DNA of 64,000 nt, taken from Takakia lepidozioides. Lineage: Eukaryota > Plantae > Bryophyta. The stretch covers positions 87,358,001 to 87,422,000 of the forward strand of contig CM060731.1 in assembly GCA_030704615.1 (NCBI GenBank). The letters run 5' to 3'. Under the pieces are notes generated by a model. It saw nothing but the letters and a program-made list of their open reading frames with translations, searched no databases and had not been told where the DNA came from. The position numbers and the translations under genes were made by a program. Shown here one piece after another: positions 1 through 12,254 of this stretch (position 1 is the stretch's first letter; every line of letters begins with the position of its first letter).

Positions 1-103
1 TATGACTTCAAAAGCATTTTACGACTGCAAATGGCATTTCTGCCACAAATCTGTCATGATTGCGCACCCATGGGAGTCATAAAAGCCGCAATCTGTTGTA
101 GTG
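1..103. mobile_element. Right end of a CACTA (En/Spm) element
   Basis: Ends in ...gccgcaatctgttGTAGTG (reverse complement CACTACAACAGATTGCGGC) with ATGACT/AGTCAT subterminal motifs. A related terminus occurs at 63231. Confidence 0.7.
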
Positions 104-3100
104 ACGTGTATGTCTAGCTCAGGATCAAGAGCCACACTCCCGAGCTTGGATAGCATATCCTTTGATACTAGGTTGCAAAGGAGACTGGCTCGAGAAGCCG
201 TCAGAGATCAACTACTAGGAAAACACCCAGCATTGAGTCCACAATCAGACTCAGAAACTAGAAGTTTGGGTAGGATAGAGTGGGAAGGAGATAACACTGA
301 CAGCTCTTCAGAGATCGAGTGTTCACGAGTGGTTTCCCCTGTATCTAGTCCCCCTTATACACCCCCGGCCAGGTCAAGGAGCCTTTCGCCGACGTTAGAG
401 TCAGTTATGGCACATGTTCCAGGACCTCCTGAGGTACCTATTGTGGTCCCAGCAGGCCTGCCCCCGTTAACGTTACCCAGGCATTTGCCTTGGTTTTCCG
501 GGGAAGCACATGAAAACCCAGAGTATCATGTGAAAAGCTTTATTCAGTGTTGCTATTCTAACCAAGCGTTAAATGATGCCTATTGGTTGATATGGTTTCC
601 CACGACCATGAGGGGTAGGGCGTCCACTTGGTATTGGCAACAGGCGCTAGGAACATTCGTTACTTGGCAGCAGATTCGAGACGCATTTTTAGATCATTTT
701 CGAGTGGTCCACCAGTTCACCAGTGTCTTGATGGCATTGGCCAGGATCCGCCAAGGCCCCACAGAGGAGGTGGCGGACTTTGAAATGCGATCTCGGGAGT
801 TGATGCGACTCCAAAACCCTTTAACTCCCCTAGATGATGGGGTACTGAAGGATTGTTTTCTGAGTGGATTATGAGAGACCACTCACTTTCATGTTTTGCA
901 CCAAAAACCTGCAACCTTGGTAGATGCCATACAAGCTGGCAAGGAGTTCAACAACATGCATCGCCAGGTACAACGGGCCAAGATGCCGACTTTGCACTTC
1001 CATCATACATTACGATCGAGCCCACGCAGGAGCCGACACCATTAGCGGTGATTCAGCCCGCTCTACACTATACACCGTCATATGTAGGAGGAGCACGGCC
1101 ATACGCCCCGGCGACGTCCCCTACACCAGCAGTAGCACCAACCGTGCCACAGTATGCGAATGCTGCCCCTACTAACTCGTATGCAGATTCCACTGGGCAG
1201 TCTGATTCACGGGTGGGCCATTTGGAGGCGCAAGTCACCTCTCTCATTAAAACCATCGAAACAATGGGCAATCACATGAGCTCAATCGGCCAGCAGATCA
1301 CCGGCTACGAGGGGTATCGAGATGCTGCTCCAATAGGAGAATCTGGCCCCAACCCGGCAAAGGTATGGTGCTCCAACTGCAACGGTCCTTGGCATGATGC
1401 TCAATATTGTCCTTATCCCACCCGGGAGAGGCAGGCAAGCCAAAACCCGACTTATCAGGATAGATCAAAACGACAATTCAGTCAAACCAGGAAAGGTTGT
1501 CAAAAGTGTGGGAGAACCACACACCCAACAGAAGACTGTTGGAGTGATATAGTATGTTTGCATTGTGGCCAAAGAGGCCATCCCTTGGACAGATGTTCCC
1601 GGAGGCAGGTGGACCGACCGGCCCCTGCCACCATCCAGCAAGTAGAGAGGAATTTCGAAGGGCAATGAGCCCCATTCCCGGATCAGTATGCGACTGAACC
1701 ACCCAACCCTCTACCTCAACAACATAGCATGTATTTTGCTACCCCAACACAGATAGCACAACGACCTAGGCCAAATCAGGCAGGTCCATCATACTCAAGG
1801 AGCAATGCCGCTCAGGGACAGGGTGCCCGAGCAGCTTATTCAAATCCTGCGGCTCAGATAGCCCAGTGTTCTTCTAACACGTGGTCTCCCCCTCAGGATG
1901 TAAGGGTACAGGGAGGACATCAAGCGTCTACCTCGGCGCCGCCTCAGCAACAGCAGACCAATGTACAACCCAATCATACAATGCGCCTTCAGAAGATGCA
2001 ACACCAAGTAAATTGGATTGCGAGTGAGCCAGAGGCCACTCCAACAGCGACAGCTAGCCCCGAGAAAGGTAACTACGCAGTGATGACCCGACATCAACGA
2101 GATACGCTAGGGAAAGGCCCTGGGTATGAGGCGTCGGAGTCAGCCACATCCACATCAGAACGGGAGGATTTGAACTTCACAATAATGAAGTCAGATGCGC
2201 GAAAGGTGGCGGAGATTGTGCTTCGGGAGGAGGAAGACATCCATCCCAAAGAAAAGGAGGTAGCATTTGCAGAGGTGGAACCTCTAGTAGTCCGACCAAC
2301 CATTTCTCGACCCCCTGTATCAAGAGCGAAGAGCCCGGCGAATCGGCCAGCGGCACCAGAAAAGCTTCCCCTGAGGAGGATGCATTCAACGATGCAGTTC
2401 ACAGACGAGCTGGAACCGTACAATTTAATGGAGGATCTTCGCCATATTCAAGCAAACATTACGTTTGCACAGCTCATAGCCATGGCGCCCACAGTCCACC
2501 ACGCTCTTAAGGCATCATTGGTGAGGAAGCGAGTGAGCACTTCTACTCAGGCCCACCATATCAATGCAAAATCGACCCAGGACCAGTAGAGATAGAAGTG
2601 GAAATTGCTGACCGATTCATACGGCGTTGTTTAGTGGATGATGGGAGCTCAGTCAACATCATGCCATTCTCCACTCTATCCAAACTGGGTTTGAACATGA
2701 CAGGGGAATCCCCTCTGACAATCAGGCTAGCTGACCAGCGGAAGATCCAACCGGTGGGTCACATAGCAAATGTAAAGATGAAGACCGGAGGCTACACGTA
2801 TGCAGTAGACTTCCAAATCATAGACTTCCCCATCGACGAATACTCGTATGCACTCCTATTAGGGAGGCCATGGTTGGTCTAGTCCAGAGCACAAACGGAC
2901 TCGGGGGCAGGCACCATTACTTATGGGGTAAGACCTTACACTAGCATTATTGCATTTCTTTCTGGAGCACCTCACGAAGAAACGGATGAGGATGAGCTCA
3001 GCATGATTGGCTCTAAAGAGGAGTCTGCAGACTTGAGTGAGAAGGATTTGTGGTCAGAGGGAGAGCTCCTCCCCACCTCGCATGCCCACCAAGTTTTAGC

Positions 3101-3257
3101 AACAGCGGCCGCGCCTCACAGGGAGGTTAAGCGGAGAAAGGTAGGACTAGAAGACGCAGTCAAGTCTCTAGGACCGGGATTGTATGAATGCGAGTCTGAT
3201 GCAGACTGCATTGCCTGGTTGTTCGGAGAAAACCACGGCAGGGAAGTGATGGTACAC
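104..3257 (+). pseudogene. Truncated, decayed Ty3/gypsy gag-protease region (non-chromovirus-like)
   Basis: ORF 101-874 has a retrotransposon gag motif (FSGE...HVKSF...RGRASTWY). ORF 853-1668 has three CX2CX4HX4C knuckles. ORF 2598-2882 has an aspartic protease (LVDDGSSVNIMP...LLLGRPWL). Stops and frameshifts are present, and the element breaks off before RT. Confidence 0.85.
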
Positions 3258-3668
3258 TGGAACTGCTGCCAGTGGACGTGGGTGGACTCCATCGGAGAGA
3301 CGTATTCTCCTGAAGGAGTGCGCTCTTCTTCTCCATTGTATGGGGACATTTGCATTGGTGTGGACGACAAAAACGTGAAGCTTTCCATATTCGATGGTGG
3401 TATGATTGAAGGGCACGACATTGTGGTGAACATCAACAGGGGCGGTACAACGGCTGCAATCCAGTTTACCTGGAGGAGCCCGATGACTCATGAGCTAGTT
3501 TTCAGAGCAGTCGAAGTCCCATTGACAACGTGACTTGTATTCAGAAGGCACATGGCTAAAGATTTGTTTGCACAATCAGCACAGTAGACGTGCTTCAAAT
3601 GCAATTCATGTGGATCAATAAAAACCCCATAGTGTCGTCTTTTTGTTCTATTCTGTATCCATCGTTCC
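3258..3668 (+). pseudogene. Fragment of the E2-family cargo gene of unknown function (3' part plus 3' UTR)
   Basis: Highly similar to about 51582-51993 (WNCCxWTWVDSIGETYSP...FDGGMIEG.DIVV...RAVEVPLTT*). It is joined in frame to the gypsy remnant. Confidence 0.85.
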
Positions 3669-3670
3669 AT

Positions 3671-3756
3671 GGAGGTTTGCTATTTCATGAGCATGAGCGG
3701 CATGAGCGGCATGAGCGGCATGAGCAGAGTAGTAACACAATCGGTTTTCATGAGCA
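3671..3756 (+). repeat. E1 left TIR with subterminal CATGAGC(GG) repeats
   Basis: catgagcatgagcggcatgagcggcatgagcggcatgagc follows the TIR directly and is mirrored at 12198-12254. Confidence 0.85.
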
Positions 3757-3907
3757 GAAGTACAAATTTCGAAAATAAAAAACAATAAAAAACAATAATT
3801 TAATGCAATGTGTCAGGAAAAACAAATATATTAGGAAAAATTGCACTTTTGACAGTTGTGCTCATGAAATTTCGTCTTCCGCTCATGCCAATTCCCAGCG
3901 ACATGTG

Positions 3908-4275
3908 CAAATATGGCGCCGAATTTCGCGGTAATAGGGTCCGTAACCTGAAAAAACGGCGACGTATTTCGCGGCAATAGGTCTCTCTGGCGAAAAATGG
4001 TGCCGAATTCCACGGCTATAGGTCCCCTCATGACAGGTAATTCGGCGCCATTTTTCCAGTGCATGTTCGGACTTAGCCAGTTTTCGGCCCAAAAAAGAGA
4101 AATTCGGCGCCATTTTTCCAGACACGGTACCAGTGCATGTTGGGACTTAGCCAGTTTTCGGCCCCAAAAAGAGAAATTCGGCGCCATTTTCCCAAACACA
4201 GGTACCAGTGCATGTTGGGACTTAGCGAGTTTTCGGCCCCAAAAAGAGAAATTCGGCGCCATTTTTCCAGAAATG
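3908..4275. repeat. E1 palindrome array (GAAATTCGGCGCCATTTTTC), including 74-75-bp tandem units
   Basis: GGCGCC-type cores at about 3915, 3958, 3999, 4044, 4106, 4180 and 4255. Confidence 0.9.
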
Positions 4276-4426
4276 GCCCCACAACTGCTTCTGTTGGATC
4301 TCAGTTTGAATGGAATATTGCCTCATTCCAGGAGTTTTGGGGTGCATTTCATTACACTGCAAAAAAAAAGTCTGATACAGCAAAATGCATTTGAAAATAT
4401 CCATATGGAGGATTCCGTTTGCCCCA

Positions 4427-5975
4427 TCAATGATTTCTGGAATCCCTAAGGAGGAGTTTGTGCAGCTCGTTCACGCTCAACGCCGGTGCATGAATAAAGT
4501 CATCAATAGTCACGTTCATCCTCAACCTCTTCAGGTAAATGTAATACATATGCTTGCACGGATAATACTTCGAACCCTTCTTTGCTTCCATCACTGAGAA
4601 GTCCGTACAGTTGCAAGTCGGCTCCACTCTTATCGTAATTGTGTATACATCGTCGCGTACAGCCGAGCCGGCTGTTGCCATCCGATACACACGCCCAAGG
4701 CCGGGTGGGGGTACGTCCACGGAGCTCTGAATAGTGCAAGCCATCCCAAGAGCATTGGCAATCCGAGTCTCATTCAACTTGTTGGGAGGGTGTCGTCTCT
4801 TCACTCTTCCGAATCGCATTGTGGGATGTGCAGAATTGTCCAATCCGTCTCTACTGGACCGAGCAGTCTGCAATGGCTGGGTCTGAGGAACCGGAAATGC
4901 GTGGGCCGGGATGTCTGTGCGTTGCACCATTCGAAATCCTGCTGCAGATAGAGCATCCGCCTCATTCTGAGAGAGGCTGCAACCCGGTGCAACAGGCCAG
5001 ACGCCCGGAGGCTCCGGCATTCCCTGAATCCCGTACTTGGGCTTGCCAAATACACAGGTCATTATGTCGTGCCTACAGAACCAAAATGTCTGCGTTGTGG
5101 CGTGAGCAAATGTGGGAGTCAAAAATCTGCCGCTGAAACAAGGTGCAGGTACAGCACCGTGTGGGTTCCTCCGAATCATCTCACCACAGCGTGCTCTCGT
5201 ATCCACCCGGATGGCGCAACACTTCCCTCGAAATGCCGGCAATGTCCTCGCAATTCTCCACTGTGACTCCGACACTCTTGTCTCCACAATGGGAATGTTG
5301 TATTGCTTTACTACAGATGGCTCGTTATGTTGCCGGGGCACGCGCCCTGTGCTCAAAGGAGATGGCGATCTTGAACGTGCAGGACTTCCGGTGCTCGACG
5401 AGACCTCCTCGGACAACATCACCGGACCACGAGGGAGCGTGCGAATATTCTTGTCAGCTCGCCATGAATCCTCTTCTCCGCCAGGTGCCTCGTCAAGTCT
5501 TCGTCTCACTGGACGGGTATGAACATCTCCTTCCAAATGTTGGCCTCTTCGCAACAATGGCGTGTCCCGAAGGCCCTCTCGCAAGGCCGCCGCCCACTTC
5601 CGAGGATTCTTCGATCTGGAGGCAGTCCGCATCAGCATTTCCTGCCTGTCCGGCCCCAAGCCCCACTGTTTCCCTTTCAAGAACTCGTTGTACCTGCATT
5701 GCTGCATAATTGACCTCACAATGTCCTCCGTTGTGGCAGTGAGGATGTCCACCAGATGCGCCGCAGAGGAGGCACGCCAAGAAGAGTGCACTGATTCGGC
5801 CATGTTTGTCGTGGGCATGTCGGTGTCGGAGTCGAGACACATTTCCTGCACAAGCACATGTTGAGGTTACAAGCAAGTTACAAATATGGCCAAGAATAAT
5901 ATCCAACGGGACGCGAATTCGTGCAACTCACCTCCCGCATATAGTCGCCGAACTGGAGGAAACGATAATGCCGAC
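4427..5975 (-). pseudogene. E1 transposase, 3' half only (catalytic-E region, Cys-rich domain, SWIM finger)
   Basis: TTNMAESVHSSW (MULE-type catalytic E) and SWIM CNCTDF...PCKH. An upstream exon HYRFLQFGDYMRE|gtgagt matches E2 HFRYRQFGQYMRE|gtaggc. The 5' part is lost at about 5970. Confidence 0.8.
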
Positions 5976-6413
5976 GGCCAATCTCTCGCATGGCCAAACT
6001 GAAGCTCCAGCAGGAGATTCCAGTGTCTTGCTCACAACCTGCGCCAACTGAAGCCGAGTACTCTCAGGCAAGCCACTTCTGCTTTCGGTTTGTTCGATTT
6101 ATTTTTTGCTTTCGCTTTGTTTTTGCATCTTCATCCTGGCTTTGCTGTATGAGTGAACTTTAGATAGTTGAGTGAACCTTAGATTGTTTGCAATGCGTGT
6201 GCAAATCCGGCAGCTCTGGAGAAGGCTGCTTGTGCATGTCATTCTTAGGCAATGGTTGCATTTGTTTTCATTGTTGTTGCATGGCTCTCCATACTTCCTA
6301 AACTTGTTATGTTTTCATTTTTGCTACATGATTGTTGCTATGGTGGTTGCGCTGCTCGTTGCGATGCTGCTTTTTGCACCGATGTTGGTTTTCACGATTT
6401 TTGTCAATGACAG

Positions 6414-9400
6414 AGTGACGACGAGCCCGGCACGCTGGTGGTATCATCGACAGCTCCAACTCATCGCATGTTTGAATCGCCCAACTTGGGGCGAGAGGGC
6501 AAACTTAAACCTTTTGTTGGTGGACGGGAGGACTTGCAACGAGATTACGACAGAGTAGGCATTGGGGAGGTTGGTGCAGGCGGCATGGCAGGTGAAGGGC
6601 GTGAGGACATGAGGACAGCAGATCCGGCAATGGAGGTTGTTCATGCACATGCAGTAGGGCCCGCCCACGCAAAGAAAAAGAAGAAAGCTAAGCACATGCA
6701 ATCCCCGGCGAGAGAGCAGTCACGGGCTGCGGAGGGGGGAGTGAGCAGTGCGCGCGAGGGTTTCAGTTCGCCTCAATCAAAGGTGGTCGTCCTGGAGGGC
6801 TCCCCTGCTGCTAGCCCTAGTAAGAAACAGAAAGCCCGTGAGAGGGCAAAAGAGAGGGCAAAAGAACAGATGAGACAGAATGCTAGCCAGGAGGAAAGAC
6901 AAAAGGCAGCTGAAGAGGCCAGGGGTGCCCAAATGACAGATGCCAATGTAAGCGAGGGACCCACAGAGACGGTGGATCCCTACAAGACACCACAGAGAGG
7001 CAGTAGCACACCGGTTAGACCATCGCGGGCAAGAGCAGCCCCCGCAATTACCCATACGGTGGAGAGTGGAGGAGAGGAAAGAACACCTGAAAGAGCACGG
7101 ATTGTGCAAGTTCGAGGTGAAGCCAGGGAGAGGGCAGTAGAGACGACAAGAGTGCTGGAGGTTGTTTCGCAGGTGGCTGACCCTGTTGAGGAGGACGACA
7201 TGGAGGTTTCTGACCAGGATGACATCCTCCCGGACATCCCCAGGCCCCAAACCCGGAGCATACAGGCTGGATTTGGCGGTCCTGGTGGGCTGCCGGAAAA
7301 CCCCTCTGCAGCAGACGTCATGTCTGAGGCGGATATGAAGTTGGCCGCTGCCAAGATGTTGGAGGCAACCCACAGCAACATTGGCAGGGTGCTAGGGGGC
7401 ATGGTGTACCCGGCCAAGCTTCGAATTCCCCTTTGCCGCTTGGTGTCATTGCAGGTGGTGAGACCTGCCCTGCCAGGCGATATCGACAAGCTGAAATTCT
7501 CTTTCCGGGATGGATATCGAATGGGGTCTGCCGCCTTTTACGTTTCCATTGAGAACGACCACGGAGCTTCCCGTGCCCACACTTCCGATGAGGTGGACAA
7601 ATGGGGTCCCCATTGGCAAACGCGAAATGAGGAGTTCGAGAGATCGATTGCTAGTGATCCTCTTTTCCAGCACATGTCCGGTAAGATGTTCTACGTGTGG
7701 GACGGCAATCATCGCCTCCTGGCATGGATGGAGCACATTGCCCAAGCCCACCCCAACGATCTCGATTGGCATTTCGCCGTCGATTGTGTTGTGCTGAAGG
7801 TTGCGGGGCCCAAAGATCGCAGTCTTCTCAAAGCTGCAATGGCCGACATCAACTCGTAAGCTACAACCCCTCTCGCTTTTGGACTTTGAATTTGGAAGTC
7901 ATTTCATTGCGAATCCTCATATATGATGAAAATTCCCATTTCAGTATTGTTTGATGGAAATGTGGCACTGCAGGGTGACTGAGAATGCCTTCATTGCCAC
8001 GAACTTGTCCCATATGCTCTTCCGAGTGAAGGATGTCGGGAAGCAGGGGGTGCAAGAGTTTGCCAATTCCCTCAGTGCCGACCTCCTGCGCAAGTCGGAG
8101 GCAAAGGCAGACAGAACCTGGTATAGGCTGAGCGTCGACGCCATGGTGGACTACATATTTCAGGTAAAGCTCCTCACAGTTTTGTTGAGCTAATTTGTCT
8201 CTCCTCCCCCAATAGAAGAAATTGTGTTGAGCAGGATCTCTAATCTTATGTGCGCCTTTTCGACAGACGAAAATACAGCAGGATTTGGCACATGCGCGGA
8301 GGTTCTACATGGAGTCAGAGGAGAAGAATCCAACCCTCCCGGAACTCGAATCGTATGTCAAAGCTGCGGAGGTGAGGGCCCGCATAAAGTACAAGTCGCG
8401 GATGGTAAAGTACGTGGCCATAGCTGATCCCGCCCTTGGTGCCGACTTTCTGGTGGAGGTGGGGAAGCACTACTCTCGCGCTCTGAAGCCCACGATGACA
8501 TTGGAGAAGCTCCATCGTCTAGCCACATCCTGTGTGGATGCAACAGAAAAGGTGATACATTCTTAACCAAATTGTGGTGGCAACAACTCCTTTTTGTGGT
8601 GTTTGGCGCTTACGAATATGCTGGGTGGTTGGACAGACCCGGTGGCTCCCAATCTGGAATGGTTCCCAAAGTACCAGGGACATGTGGAGCTTCCCCAAAC
8701 CGGACAAACTCTCTGACCCCACATTCGACATGTGGATGAACCGCATGACATGGTGGTTTCAGGTACTTCCCCACGCTTCGTTTGGGGCTTGTACTCTAGT
8801 AGGGGGTGGATTCATTGTATTTTTTGAGGAAAGCGATCTGATGGACAATCTCCACAGGTGACGACGAATGCGCAAGAGCAGCTGGACACACAAGCACATC
8901 AGTTCAAGATGGAGATATCTCCTGCAGCAGAGAGCCTACGTGACTATGTGACGAGGTACTTTCTGCTCTACAAAACCAACCTATTCTTTCGGGAGATAGC
9001 AGATGCTCGCCGGAGCCACGAGTTCACCGACCAGCCGAACGCGGACAAAGCAGCAATGCGCCTTCTGTACAGGTACATACGCGCTGCCTTTCTTTCAAGT
9101 CCTGGCATTGCAGGATGTTAGAGGCCTCAAGTGGTGTTAGGGAAAATGGCGCCGAATTTCCAGTCAGGGCTCCGAAAATGGCTAAGTCCCTAGACTGGCT
9201 GGCCCGGAACTGGAAATTCGGCGCCATTTTCCAGTTCCAGGCCCTATTGCCGTTCAGGGACTTACCCATTTTCGGCCCAAGTCCCTAGACTGGCTGGCCC
9301 TGAAGTGGAAATTCGGCGCCATATTCCAGTTTTAGGCCCTATTGCCGTTCAGGGAGTTAGCCATTTTCGGCCTAAGTCCCTAGTGTGGCTGGCCCGGAAC

Positions 9401-12033
9401 TGGAAATTTGGCGCCGTTTTCCAGTTCTAGGCCCTATTGCCGTCCAGGGACTTAGCCATTTTCGGGCTAAGTCCCTAGACTGGCTGGCCCGGAACTGGAA
9501 ATTCGGCGCCGTTTTCCAGTTCTAGGCCCTATTGCCGTCGAGGGACTTAGCCATTTTCGGGCTAAGTCCCTAGACTGGGTGGCCCTGAAGTGGAAATTCG
9601 GCGCCATATTCCAGTTGTAGGCCCTATTGCCGTTCAGAGACTTAGCCATTTTCGGACCTCATTGTGTTTTTCATGAATGCAGGTACTGTAAGTTCTCGCT
9701 TTTGGAGAAAGGTCATCTGTCTTTCGAGCCACCATTCTTCCTGGCATGGAGGAACCCTGGGGCTGACTCCATGTACACTGACGATATTGTGAAGGAGTGG
9801 CATCTGGAACATTTGCGTGATTGCCCTTGGTATGTGGACCTTCCGCCCGGCTCACTCGACCCATCCGAGTTTCAATTGAAGCTGGATGCTGAATTCCGAC
9901 GAAACCGGGCTCCGCTGCCTCCGTTGGGTGCAAAAGAGGCAAAAGCGCTTGCGAACTCCAGGAAAGCGGCAGAGCTTGCTCAGGCAGGAATTCAGGAGAA
10001 ATTGCATGAGAAGAGTAAAGGTCAAAGGAAAAGGACAAGGAAACAGGTGACTGCAGTAACACCCAAAAAGAAGAAAACCATCGGGGCATCGGAGGAGGCG
10101 CAGGAGGGGACCCAAGAGAGTGACTCCGACGCCGATTTTGTTCAAGGTCCTGCGACTGCTGTTGCTCCTACCCAGTCACCGGTCGTCCGGGTTCCCAAGT
10201 CAGTTCGGAGTGGGACTGGCTCTGCCAAGAAGTTGGCATTTGAGGGCGAGCCTACACGGCGGTATTCGGCGGTGACGTTTACGCACAGGCCAAAGCTAGA
10301 ACCTCCAACCATCATCCAATGCGTCAATGAGAGCTTCCTTGACGCTCTCGCTGCCAGGGCGAAGAAGGTGGCACACAACAAGTCTCTGGCGGAGCAGAAG
10401 GGGAAAGCCAAGAAGAGGGCTGCCGGTACAGAGCCTAAAGACACCCCTGGTTTTGAAGCCATGATGGAATTCTTCACGGCTATGAGCACGAATTGCAAGA
10501 GCACTCGGGGAGGGGTTGAGGTGGAGAGAGCTTGCGACATGATTCTCCTCGACATTCTAGATGGGGAGCTGCTGGAGGGCCTGGATGGTGTGCCCACCTG
10601 GAACAGGTTTACTGAGGACTACTGGAAAGCCGGGTTTGGGCTGGCGGGGATGCTTCTGGATGACGGTGGATGTGTGGTTGTCCTTGCCACGAGAGGGAAG
10701 ACCACAGAGAATGCGGTGGCAAGGTGGACACCGAAAAGTGTCACCCCGGTCCTCCTCAGAAAATGGTTCTGCATCAGTACGCAGGGGTTGCGAACAGAGG
10801 GCCAAAGTGTAAGTTATCAATCTATTGCATTCACTTCATATTGTGGTGTATGTTAAGTAGACCCTGGAATTGATCCCTTCTTTGTTGGATGTGCAGACAT
10901 TGGTGTTTGAGGCATATTGCTTTGTGAAGAGAGGGTCTATGTTCAAATTCCGCAACGACGGTCGTCTTGTTGATGCCGCTGTGGACCCTGTAACCTACGA
11001 TGTCCTCTACAACTATGTGCCCCACTCTAGTATGCTGAAGGACACAAAGACAGGCAAACCGTGGCGGTACAGCCGGACTCGGAGCCCTGCTTTCATCCAA
11101 ACCCTCATGGAGACGTGCTCGGATGTCCAAGGGCGGATTCTGGACCTCACATGCGGCACGGGTAAGCCTTCACGTGCTCAGTTTGTCCCCTGGCCCCATT
11201 GCAATTGCATGCCGCAAGCTATTAACCGCCCGCTTTGTTCCTCAGGTGCTTCAATGTGGGCAGGGACGTTGTCCGACAGGCATGTGTTCGCCTTCGAGCC
11301 AGATACTGCCCTCCACAACTCGGAACTTGCAGCGGCTGAACGTCTGCCGAAAGAGGAAGAGGCATCCTCGGAGGATGAGGAAAAATCCGAGAAGGAGCAG
11401 GGGGAGGAAGTTGGGATCGAGGCCGAGGAGCCCCCGGTTTACGAGTGAGTGGTGGCATTGTAAGTTGCCTCCAGATTTTGTGAGGCACCTCCCTCCGCTC
11501 TCTTATTTCATTGAAAACCCTTTCTGGTTGTGCTGGTATTGACATTCTTCAAGTGGATTTGTTCTTACTGTAGGATGCCAAGTACTGCCGGAGGGACGTC
11601 TACACCGGAGTTCATGGGCAGGAGGAACGTGCCTTTTTTTGCCAGGGGGGATTTCATGCCTAGTCCAGAAAGGGAGTACATCCTTCCTACTTATGCTGCC
11701 CGGCTTGCTTCGGTGTCCATTAGGAGGTGTTCTGAACGTAGTCGTGTACAGCAGATTTTAGACGAGGCAAGCCTCAAGAAAATGAAGATGAGGGAGGAGG
11801 CAGCAGCTATTAGAGCCCGTCGAGCTCGTAGATTTGTGTTGGATTCTGCTGAGGAAAGTGGGGGAGAAGACGCAGAAGATTCCCAGGAGGTGAGGTGGAC
11901 AGTCCCCCAAGGAGAGGACGGGATTTTTGAGAGGCATAGTGGAACTGATGCATCACAGAGCTCGGAGGATGAGGGGGATGAGGGGGATGAGGAAGAAGGT
12001 GGGGCAAGTTCCTCGGAGGGTGTAGGAGAGTAG
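6414..12033 (+). CDS. E1 multi-exon ParB/Srx-domain + beta-class DNA amino-methyltransferase-fold protein (5' end probably truncated)
   Basis: Inferred exons: 6414-7855, 7974-8163, 8267-8551, 8637-8762, 8858-9072, 9683-10808, 10897-11161, 11246-11444, 11574-12033 (GT-AG). ParB motif FYVWDGNHRLLAW at 7701. Motif-IV-like MILLDILDG at about 10551 precedes the SAM-binding-like ILDLTCGT|GASM and RHVFAFEPD. Confidence 0.75.
9140..9655. repeat. E1 intronic tandem array, about five 95-bp units, each with the E1 palindrome
   Basis: GAAATT(C/T)GGCGCC at 9213, 9308, 9403, 9498 and 9593, within intron 9073-9682. Confidence 0.95.
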
Positions 12034-12197
12034 TGCCCATTCCGGCTATGACAGTTAGAACACACTTGTATAGACGTGGCTTGCCACAAAATTTGCAATA
12101 AAATGTTGCATTTCAAGTCCACTGGTGCCACATTCCAACTTCACATGACCCTATTTCCGTGCCTCCTAACCCTATTTCCGTGGACTCACAATGGTCT

Positions 12198-12254
12198 GCT
12201 CATGCTTTTTTTTTTTCCGCTCATGCTCATGCCGCTCATGAAATAGCAGCCCCC
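12198..12254 (-). repeat. E1 right TIR with GCTCATG repeats
   Basis: gctcatgctcatgccgctcatgaaatagcagccccc; the last 21 nt are identical to the E2 right end. Confidence 0.85.

Larger units (their letters stand above)
3671..12254. mobile_element. E1: Mutator-like DNA transposon with a ParB-MTase gene, internally deleted copy
   Basis: Imperfect TIRs: GGAGGTTTGCTATTTCATGAGC and, on the reverse strand, GGGGGCTGCTATTTCATGAGC. CATGAGC repeats at both ends. Flanks gttccAtg (3664-3671) and gttccGtg (12255-12262) resemble an 8-bp TSD. Same ends and gene layout as E2. Confidence 0.85.

Noticed and set aside
3003-3533. A single 176-aa gene
   Set aside because: It is a chimeric frame across a junction at about 3257, joining the gypsy post-protease linker to a cargo-gene fragment.
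7400-7860. Bacterial or phage contamination as the source of ParB-MTase
   Set aside because: The gene has conserved spliceosomal introns and is embedded among plant transposons with intact TSD-bounded nesting.
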